Of a stretch of DNA of 64,000 nt, positions 52,481 to 64,000 are shown in pieces; position 1 is the stretch's first letter; each line of letters starts with the position of its first letter. Where the stretch lies: the NCBI GenBank assembly GCA_964016885.1, contig OZ024742.1:179614001-179678000 (forward strand), written 5' to 3'. Under the pieces are notes generated by a model that worked only from the letters and a program-made list of their open reading frames with translations, had not been told where the DNA came from and did not search any database. The position numbers and the translations under genes are program-made. Origin of the DNA: Eledone cirrhosa (taxonomy: Eukaryota).

Positions 52481-52855
52481 ATCATCTCATTTTATCACTG
52501 CTTCACTCTCAGTATTTATTGAGAAGTACTGAAGGATATATAAATATAAGACAGTAAATTTTAACCAGCCATTTCATAAAAGAGTTGAAGAAATATGATT
52601 GCATTATATCATATATTCTACCTCTTAACAAAATCTTTGAATTAAAAGTCTGAACTAATGCTCCCCTAACAGTTTGGTACCAAATTCATAATAGGAGACT
52701 TACAAACTGAACTAGCTGTTGTTTCAGATGTATCTCTCCTTTCTCAATTTCACAACACTGATAATAAGACCACATATAAAACTAAAAGAGAGTGACATAA
52801 ATAGCAAAAATGTAAAGAAGCAGAGTTAGATAAGACAAGATTTAAAACTACTTAC

Positions 52856-52935
52856 CATAAACTGTTTGTATCTTCAGGAAAGAATTAAGCAAAATTCTAC
52901 AACTCCGCCAGTTCAGCTCATCAATTCAAGCAAGG
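52856..52935 (-). other. Possible 5' UTR exon of the host gene
   Basis: Strong donor atg|gtaagt at 52855 and acceptor-like ttcacag in unique sequence upstream of coding exon 1. Confidence 0.3.
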
Positions 52936-54039
52936 CTGTGAAACATTATGAAAGCAGTTAGTCTATTCAAAACAACAATACAGACTTGATTAGCGTGATG
53001 TTTCAGTAGAAGCCTGCCGTTTCTAACAATATTGATTCTGTATTGATTAAGCAATATGAAATATCATATAAGTGCTATCAAAATAACAAGTAATGGACAC
53101 CTTGTAAATATTTTATTGATGCTTATATCAAATGATCTCTATTGTGTATTGTTACTGGTTCACTGGTTCTCTTTTTTAATTTGGTTTAATGTTTTGATAA
53201 AAATCAACCTTTTGTTGAATCCATTTTATTTTAATTGGTATTAACATCAAAGCAAATGATTAGATCAATATTTTATCTATCTAGTTTATGGTAAGAATAA
53301 GAGGTGGATTGCCATGTGTTGAAGCTATGATGTGATTCCAAGTCTCAATTTTAACAAATTGACCTCATTTACATGAATCACTCTCACATCATAGAAAGCA
53401 TAAAGAATGATCCATTATAAAAACATCATCATGAACAGAGATAGAGAAAGCCTCTTCCAATGGCCCACATCAATTTTGTCTCCAATAACACCACAAAGAC
53501 ACAATCACTATACATATAGTAACACACATAATGCATCTCACCATTACACAATAACTTGAACAGCACACAAATAGAACCTTTAAGTTCATTACAAATGCAA
53601 GTTTCCATTTCCACTGAGAATCTCACTTATCAAATGCACATTCTTAACGCTTTTGATACCAGCCTGGCCAAAACCAGCCCTGGTTCTATGAAACTAAATA
53701 CATTTTAAAAGGTTCCTATTTGAAGTAAAATTTCCAAATATAATTTTATATAAAAACCATATGGGAAATTACTATTTTAGTAAGGAAATAATTAATAATT
53801 TTAGTAAATACTTAAAATCCTTCATTAATTGATTGAAATATAGTGTATTTCATTAGGAATATTGTCATGAAAGAGTTAACATAGCGGAGATTACTTCAGA
53901 AAGACTGGTCAGCCTCTGGAGAGCTAGAAAATAATAGCCCTGCCCTAATAACAACTAACTCTCTTCAAACTGAAGTGTAACTTTCAATGATATACAGTTC
54001 CCATATCTGGGTTTAAGCTACCTTTACCCACACAATAAA

Positions 54040-54905
54040 ATGATGAATTGGCAGAGTTGTTAGAACATTAGATATAATGCTTTGCAGTATTCATTCTGAC
54101 TCTTTGCTCTCTCTATTCAAATCCCACTCAGGTCAACTTTGCCATTCCTCCTTTTGAGGTTGATGAAAAATGTACCAGTGGGATCGATTCTTCCTCTATA
54201 TCTCTTTCGCACTTCCTCTCTCTCACTTTCTATTCTGCTCTGGAAGAAATCTGCTGTGTTCAGACCTGAAGTGATGGGTCTGCCAGTTTTAAAATGACCA
54301 AGAAATGCTGTATGCCATTATGGTGGTCTTATGACTCCATCAGGAGTCATGGGACCATACATACACACAGCTATCCTTAACTGCATTCAGAGAAGGGCCA
54401 ATTGATGGATTGACATGAAGTCACAGACACTCTCCAACTTTTATCCCACATATGTGTTTCTTTTTACCACAGCAGCCTCTCCTCCTCTGAGGTTATTATT
54501 GTATCAACTTTACTCAGGTACTCCTCACTCATTTCTTCTCCACTTATTATTTATTGTCATTTTAAGAGTGATGGATTGGCAGAATTGTTAAAGTGTCAGA
54601 TAATTGTTTCTATTTTAGGTACAAAGTCAGCAATTTGAAGGGAGTGGGGAGAAGTCGATTAAATATACCCCAGTGCATTACTGGTGCTTTATTTTATCGA
54701 CCAAGTGAGGATGAAAAGCAAAGCTAACCTCAGTGTGATTTGACTATAACAACAATGTAGTATTTGTTTTGGCTCTTTACACTCTGAATTCAAATCCCTC
54801 GGGTGTCAACTTTGGCTTTCATCGTTCTGGAGTTGATAGTATTTAGTACAAGTACTGGGGCTGATTTAATAAACTTTGTTGGCCATATGCCTAAATCAGA
54901 AATAA
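54040..54905. mobile_element. Cluster of decayed, nested SINE copies
   Basis: ttggcagagttgttag, ttcaaatccc and aactttg(g/c)c..t motifs; a minus-strand copy at about 54602-54740 lies inside a plus-strand copy. Confidence 0.7.
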
Positions 54906-55327
54906 ATTTTGTATCACACTAAGCCCCATACTAACCTGTACAGCCAGTCCTTCATGCCCAGGCTATCCACTCTCTGTAATTCTTTCATGGCACATGTATA
55001 TTTTCTGCAACCATCAAGAAAAATCTATTCAAGATGAGCATTAAACACAACATTGCCACCACTTTTGGAGGATCCACAAAGGCTACAGAGCCAGCTCTTA
55101 CCTTCAGGGCCTTGCTATAGGGATAGACTCCACCTACAGGACCTTGCCACTATCTATAGGATTTTACTATAGATCAAGAACATACCTACAGGATCTTACT
55201 ATAAGGTCAACCCCTATCCCCAAGACTTTGTTATAGGGCCTGCCCCTACTTCCAGCGCCTTGTTGGTTTTGTGTGTATGTGTTGCACAATTGATTACTGT
55301 CATTATCATCATCATCATCATCATCAT

Positions 55328-55378
<51 letters not shown>

Positions 55379-55806
55379 AAATATTACTACTACTGCTGCT
55401 ATTGTTACCTCTATTAATTTTACTATTAACAACCACTGTTATCTTGTATTGTTGTGGCAACATACTTTTGGTCTCTTTATTCTTGGTATCTCGCTAATTA
55501 ACGTTTTATGTGTATTCTCGGTGAAAACGCATTATTTTCTAACACGATTGAGTGATTTCGAGCTTTGGTGACTTCTCTTAAAACTTCGATGAGCATCTGA
55601 TATAGTGCGACTGCAACTTCGATTTATATCCATATTGATTGACATATAATTAAACATATGAAACAATCACAGGGGATATAAAATGCTCGGATCTACTCAT
55701 TAGAATCTTGGAGCATATTTTACGGGTGATATGGCGCATGTCTATCTGACATGACACCCTTAATTTAATTTGATTTAATTTAATTTAATTCAATTTATCT
55801 TAATTT

Positions 55807-56181
<375 letters not shown>

Positions 56182-56182
56182 A

Positions 56183-56835
56183 TAAGATGTACAGAGGGTA
56201 CTTGCAGAAACATACATAGGCGAGACAGCTCGTTGCATAGGTGAAAGGATAGACCAACACTGGGGGAAACTAAACTAAAAGGACGAAAAAACGGATCAGT
56301 ACTATACGAACATGCCAGACAACAACACGACGGTAACATAGACAACATAGAAATTAGAATAATATCTAAACATAGAAATGACCCAGCAGATAGGTAAATC
56401 AGAGAGGCCAGTGAAATAGAACTTAGAAGGCCAAGGCTAAACAGAAAGAATGGATGGAATAACAACAACACCCAAACAAACAACACTGACCTAAGAGAAG
56501 TATAAATAGATAAATAAATAAATAAATAAATAAATAGATAAATAAATAAATAAATAAATAAATACACAAGCACAATAACAACAAACACATATAAACACAC
56601 ACTAGTAAAGATAGAATACATTAACCAATACACAGTCACCCAATCACGAACACACATCAAACAAAACACTATACACACACGCAAACGCATGCGCAAAGAA
56701 GACAAAATAAAATAAACAAATAAATAAATATATAAACAGACTAAATAAAGATGGCGTAGAAAATACAATGTCACGGGAGGAAACAATAGCACCACTAACG
56801 ATGTTGCAGATGTGCAACGAAAGAACTTTGATAAA
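56183..56835 (+). mobile_element. Penelope-like GIY-YIG endonuclease remnant with a degenerate HHR downstream
   Basis: IRC..C..YIGETARCIGERIDQH..SVLYEHARQQH..R*IREASEIELRRPRLNRKNGW; CTAACGA-t-gttgca gatg tgcaac-GAAA at 56795-56822. Confidence 0.78.
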
Positions 56836-57033
56836 CTATATATATGTGTTTGTGTCTATATTGTATCTGTATTATTTTTGACCGTAGGTCAGTCAATGGC
56901 AACATTGGGGACCGAATAAATTAAATTACCGATATAAAAGACACAGAAGCGAAAAGCGAAAACCAACCAAACAGTGAGTGTGTTCTGTTATTAATTCTGG
57001 CAATATTACACAAATATGACCCTCCCCAAGTAT

Positions 57034-57090
<57 letters not shown>

Positions 57091-57095
<5 letters not shown>

Positions 57096-57678
57096 AAGTT
57101 AAATAAAAGTCAAATGATTAAAATTTAGCTTCGTTTATTACTGCTATATATATTTCAGTGACAGCCATCTTTGGCTGTGACCTCTTCAGGCAGTTTGAAT
57201 TAGTATGGTATAGACAAGTACATATGTTGTTTAGGTGTATGATATTGTCAATACTCTGATATGCCCAGTTCCTTGTTGGGTTGTTAATTCACTGGGGAAC
57301 TGGAGTCATATCTGACTCCAGTTATGGAGTCATATCTGACTGGAGTCATATCTGACTCAGATATGACTCCAGTTCCCCAGTGAATTAACAACCCAACAAG
57401 GAACTGGGCATATCAGAGTATTGACAATATCATACACCTAAACAACATATGTACTTGTCTATACCATACTAATTCAAACTGCCTGAAGAGGTCACAGCCA
57501 AAGATGGCTGTCACTGAAATATATATAGCAGTAATAAACGAAGCTAAATTTTAATCATTTGACTTTTATTTAACTTTATTTTACACTACTCCGGAGTAAC
57601 CAAACCAACCTGCGCACTTCGTCGAGTGCTCCAGCCTGCATACTGAGGTGTTGGTATACAACCAACATAAACTCAAAA

Positions 57679-57680
<2 letters not shown>
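57091..57680 (+). mobile_element. Fold-back + tail element (family C) with ~225-bp arms that look identical by eye
   Basis: 57091-57315 mirrors 57358-57582; the centre has three ggagtcatatctgact copies; ~100-bp tail; (TA)n on both sides. Confidence 0.85.
57478..57532 (+). ncRNA. Minimal type I hammerhead ribozyme
   Basis: actgc-CTGAAGA-ggtc acagcca aaga tggctgt cact-GAAAT-ATAT-ATA-gcagt; mirror copy on the minus strand at 57140-57194. Confidence 0.85.
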
Positions 57681-57720
<40 letters not shown>

Positions 57721-57766
57721 CCCTATCGAGCCCTCTTCGGATTTTAGTCTTCACATTTATTATTAT

Positions 57767-57845
<79 letters not shown>

Positions 57846-58061
57846 CACATATATATATATATATATATAGAGTTTGTAGAGTTTTTTTCAGAATGTATTT
57901 GACTGCTATTTCTTGTAAATAAACATTCACTTCCATCCTGACGTCACTAGCCCCGTTTTTTCCTCATGTGCTTTTTCATAAATACACATGAAGGCGAACT
58001 AGCCAGTTTTAGAATTCCCTTTTTCGGATTATACTACTGTGAGAGCCCTGGTTTCTGTTGA

Positions 58062-58142
58062 GCTCTGCTGATGAATGAAATCCAACCGTGACCATCTCCA
58101 CTGAAAGTTTTCATGAAATAGTCTTTTAAGACTATACAGAGC
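58062..58142 (+). ncRNA. Type I hammerhead ribozyme (unit 1)
   Basis: gctctg-CTGATGA-atgaaa..tttcat-GAAA-tagtctt tt aagacta-TA-cagagc; predicted cleavage after A58136. Confidence 0.9.
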
Positions 58143-58690
58143 ATTTGATGTTATTCCAAATTGAAGGATAAGTGTTTCAAACTGTATTTTATCATGAGTT
58201 AAAGGTCTATAGATTTTTCCCTGGATTTTACTAAATTCTGTGGATGAATTTATATCCTGATTCTCTTTTGAGATGAGTTTGAGTTATTTTTCCTAAATCT
58301 TTCGTTAACTACTTTTCCCATCTTGACGTTATAGTCGCATATATGTTATAGAATGCCGTTAGCTTCTTGCTAAAACAATCTCTATACCTCTCATTTATAT
58401 TTATACTCGGATTCTTTTCCTAGAGTGCTTAAACTATCTGTGACTAATCCCGGTTTTTTTCATAAAAACTGTGATAATTATTGCTATTTTGCTGAACTCC
58501 TTTGTAGAGTTTTTTTTCAGAATGTATTTGACTGCTATTTCTTGTAAATAAACATTCACTTCCATCCTGACGTCACTAGCCCCGTTTTTTCCTCATGTGC
58601 TTTTTCATAAATACACATGAAGGCGAACTAGCCAGTTTTAGAATTCCCTTTTTCGGATTATACTACTGTGAGAGCCCTGGTTTCTGTTGA

Positions 58691-58771
58691 GCTCTGCTGA
58701 TGAATGAAATCCAACCGTGACCATCTCCACTGAAAGTTTTCATGAAATAGTCTTTTAAGACTATACAGAGC
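58691..58771 (+). ncRNA. Type I hammerhead ribozyme (unit 2)
   Basis: Identical to 58062-58142, 629 nt downstream. Confidence 0.9.
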
Positions 58772-59021
58772 ATTTGATGTTATTCCAAATTGAAGGATAA
58801 GTGTTTCAAACTGTATTTTATCATGAGTTAAAGGTCTATAGATTTTTCCCTGGATTTTACTAAATTCTGTGGATGAATTTATATCCTGATTCTCTTTTGA
58901 GATGAGTTTGAGTTATTTTTCCTAAATCTTTCGTTAACTACTTTTCCCATCTTGACGTTATAGTCGCATATATGTTATAGAATGCCGTTAGCTTCTTGCT
59001 AAAACAATCTCTATACCTCTC

Positions 59022-60390
<1,369 letters not shown>

Positions 60391-60829
60391 AGAAGAATTT
60401 GTGTGTGTGTGTTGGCATCTATCCTGTCACTATTTCTCGTGGTGTTGGTGGGGGGAGGGTGCCAAGCAGATGAAGAAATAAGATACAGTAAAATGGGGAA
60501 ATAAAAGAATATAAGGCAATAAAATAAAGAAAATAAAAAATTAAAAAATGAAGAGAAAAATAAAATGAAAAGGTAAAAAACTAAAAAAAAAAAGAATAAA
60601 GTAAAAAAATAAAAAATTAAAATAAAATAAAATAAAATAAAAAAATAAATAAACAAAAAAATAATAAAATAGTAAAAGGAATAAGATAATAAAAGAATAA
60701 AATAAGATAATCAAATAAATTGCGTATGTGTTATAACCAATCTCAAAGTTTGAAAGATTTGGAAGATATTGACCGAAGTAGAAAGGCTGTGTCAGAATCA
60801 AAAAGTGCAAAGGATCAGAACCTTTACAC

Positions 60830-63330
60830 TATCATGGTGTGGTGTGTTTTAAGAGCAAATGAGACAAGGGTGGAGTGTAAAAAACTCGGGTTCAGCTTCC
60901 AGTATCCGGGTCCCTGTCTATGTGTTCTATCACGGTTGACTATGCAGACGACTAATTTGTGATCTGAATAGGCAACCATGTGCATTCGTGGACAGCTTAA
61001 CATCTCCTTGTCCCTTTCTCTAATGAAGAACCTATCTAAATACGATCTAGATGTCCCGCTGCGGTTTGCCCACGTCTACTGTGGTACAGTCGGGAAATCC
61101 AGTCGATACCTATCGGCCACTTGGAATTGACCGATTAAAGTTTTGAGGCTGTTGCACCCCCATCTACTGGGACATGCTCCCACATATTCCCATCGTGCAT
61201 CTAGGATACCATTCTAGTCCCCCACTAAAAGTAAGGAGTGAGACGTTCCCAGAAAAGACTCTAGACGCTTAAAGAAGTCTGGCCGTGATTGCGATTGCCC
61301 GGTTGGGGCATAAACGTCCACCAGTCTGAAGGCTCTACCTCCAATACTGTTCAAGTCTAGGACTACCAGTCTACCCTCCGGGTCTAAGTGTACTTGCTGT
61401 ACTTCGACGTCCAGTATCTTCCGAAACATGACAGCCACACCCCCTCCACCTCCTGGCTGACAGAGAGATGCGTAGATCTCAAAGTCCTCGAAGATAGGGC
61501 TTAGTTGCTGCCTGCTGTGGATCCTGGACTCGATGATGGCTATCACATCAATACCGTGTGACCTAAGGTCGTTTAAAAGTTGGCCCTGTTTCCAGGGCAA
61601 CCCTAGGCCACGCACAATCACGCTTCCAACTCGTAAACTAGCCATGTTGGTGGAGAAGAGTTGGCGAAAAAGGACGAAAAAGTGCACTTATCTTTTCGTT
61701 TTCTGGAGATCGGGTTGTTTAATCTCGATTTGGGTGCTGGAGGGGGTGTTGAGTGTGGTGGGGAAACATTTTAACAGGACGCGGTTGATGGGTTACTGGC
61801 AAGGGTTGCCCACGTCCTGCGAAAAGTTTTTCTTCAGGTCACTATAGGTCTCCATAGAAACCCTTATAAGTTTAAGGTGTCGAGACGATTCTGCTTTAAC
61901 GAAAGTTTTGCCCTCCGTCTCCACCTTGAGGTTTTGGGAGATGACCTCCATCAAACTTTTGTTGTTTGTGTTGTTGTATGCGTATAGTTGTTTGTGTTTT
62001 TGTTGTGTTGTTTGTTCGGGAGTTTTCTTTTTATGGTGGGTGCTTGTGATTGGGGTAGTGTTGGTGTTGGTTTTGCTGGTAGGGGATGTTTGACTGTGGC
62101 GTTGTGTGTTGTTGTTTGTGTCTGTGGTTGTGTGTTGGTGTCGGTGATTGGAGTTTTTTTTTTTTTTTTTTTTGGCTTTCCGAGGCTCTCCTTCTTCACT
62201 TAAAGAAGGAGAAGCAGCCTCATCTGTTGAATAATCATCGTCAGGGGTGTGGGTGGGGGTTTGTTGTCTGTTGGTGGTGTTTCGGTGTGTGTTTTTGTGG
62301 TAGTGTTTGATGGAGTGGGATGGGGTGTGGCTGTGTTCTTCAGGGGTGTTGTCTGTGTTTTTTCTGTTGTTGTTGGTTGAGTGGTTGTTTGTTTTGGTGT
62401 GTTTGCTTGTTTCGTGTGTTGTTGTTGTTGTGGTGGTGGTTGTTTTGCGTTGGTGTTGGTAACAGTGTTGGTATTGCTTTGGTTGAGCGTGTTTGTAAAG
62501 GGCAGGAGGCCTTTAGGTGTGTGGTGCTATTGAAACGAAAGCAATGTGGTTTTCGTCCCTCAACCGAAATGCTGATGTGGCTGTTGTTGTCAACCAGCAC
62601 TTTTTCTGGTATTTTGGAGATTTTTTCCGGGCTCATTTATACCAGAATCTCCAAATTTCTTCCAGACCAGGTGTGTCTGGTTGACCTTTTGGTGGAGAGA
62701 ATGAAGTCTTTTCTCTCCTCTAAAAATCTTCCAATATCCACCAAATATTAATATTTGGTGGTATGTTTGAAACTCTAATTTTTTGTGTTCAGGTATGTAG
62801 GGAAAAAGGTGTATTTTTGTGACAGTATTGGCGTCACTGAGTATCTTTGTGCAAGGGCCTCGCTTTTGAGGAGTACCGAAATACTTCCGTACTGTTTGGC
62901 CCTCTGCATAAAGTCAATGTCTGGCAATATCTCCTTCAAGGTTGCCCAAATTTCCCCTTGACTGAGGAGTGCTGGTCGTTTTGTTTCATTTGAAACAGTT
63001 CTGAAGGTAATTGTCCTTCGAAATGTTTCCAGACGAATTTATGGGGGTGAGTTTATCTGAAATCCATCGTTTTCACCGAAAGTGATAAACTCCTTTGCTT
63101 CAGAGAGCATCTGTTTCGCATTGGAGATATCGATATCCTTGAACTCTTGTGTCTTGATGACTGCGCAAAAGTTTTTTGGTGTTATTGTTATTGTTGTTGT
63201 TGTGGTTGTCGGTTTTTCCGTTTGTAGTTGTGACAATTGATTTTTCTGTTGATTTTGTTGTCTGTTGTACACTGTGTGGTTCAATTTTGTTCGTCTTGTC
63301 TACTTCACTTGCGTTACACAAAACTTTGTT
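60830..63330 (-). mobile_element. Tx1/L1-like LINE 5' part (ORF1 zinc knuckle + APE endonuclease)
   Basis: EGRKPHCFRFNSTTHLKASCP; MASLRVGSVIVRGL..GGGVAV..DPEGRLVVLD..VYAP..LLVGD; downstream SYLDRF, YSDHKLV, PGYWKLN. Confidence 0.87.
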
Positions 63331-63674
63331 GTTAACTACATCGATACAGGCAAAGCTCTTAGCAACGTTAAAGTCTATTACTTATTTTCTTTTTCCTTCT
63401 TCAACGTTCGCTAGCGTTCTTTGTACGTTTGACATTGCTGGTGGCAAAATATTAAACATTTTTAACAGTTTTCAAATTAATTTCAAATTAAATTTTCGCC
63501 CCGATGTGGGCGAAAAATGAGATTGCCACCCAGCTGACAATTCAGCCTGGTGGTTAATCTACAAAACAATGTGTTTTTTTAAACAAGAATTTCTGTTTTT
63601 TGTAAATAAATTGACAGAAATTTACTAGCAAAATTGTGTGCGTCCAGCTACCAATATAGATAGATAGATAGATA

Positions 63675-64000
63675 TCTTTCTTAATTTGCCACAGGGGTGT
63701 ACAAAAATGGGACATTACAAGACGTGACGGCGGGGGTTTTACATAAAAATAACTTTAACATTAATAATAACAATAAACTATATATAATAAAATAACAATT
63801 GAAATCCCCAATAGGGGGGAACGTTACTGCAGGGTTGTTTTACACCCCCGTGGATAGAACAACCCTCAACACCAGGAACACGTTTTGTAGGTGTTCCTGT
63901 CTTCCCTCTATTTATCTTCCTCAACCTACAGGTTTATATACAGAGAAGGCCCATTCACTCGGGCCATTTTTGCCACATTCACCCAACTTTCAGAGAATTT
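63675..64000 (-). mobile_element. Tx1/L1-like LINE 3' end (runs off the window)
   Basis: Reverse complement encodes WVNVAKMARVNGPSLYINL*, homologous to 11530-11592; same terminus ccctgtggcaaattaagaaag. Confidence 0.85.

Noticed and set aside
55167-55571. Poly-Ser/Thr/Asp ORFs
   Set aside because: (CAT)n and (TAC)n trinucleotide repeats.

Overview
AT-rich, repeat-saturated animal genomic DNA; the SINE/RTE families and dense (TA)n tracts suggest a cephalopod such as Octopus (inference). Recognisable content: two decayed Rep-helicase Helitrons plus several non-autonomous Helitrons, a young Gypsy (CsRn1-like) LTR element with a -1 frameshift signal, a CRE-like RLE retrotransposon, Tx1/L1-like and RTE LINE fragments, a mariner remnant, tRNA-type SINEs, two Penelope-like (GIY-YIG) fragments, and three phase-compatible exons of a minus-strand host gene (signal peptide + PAN/apple domain + uncharacterised domain). 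The most unusual signal is non-coding. More than ten hammerhead-ribozyme (HHR) motifs from several families occur, mostly next to (TA)n tracts. They sit either in 430-720 bp tandem units (retrozyme-like; best case a 629-bp tandem with one complete HHR per unit) or in 'long fold-back + short tail' elements, and many carry an unusually long stem II. All structures were read by eye; no folding, alignment or database search was run, so boundaries are approximate unless terminal motifs are quoted.
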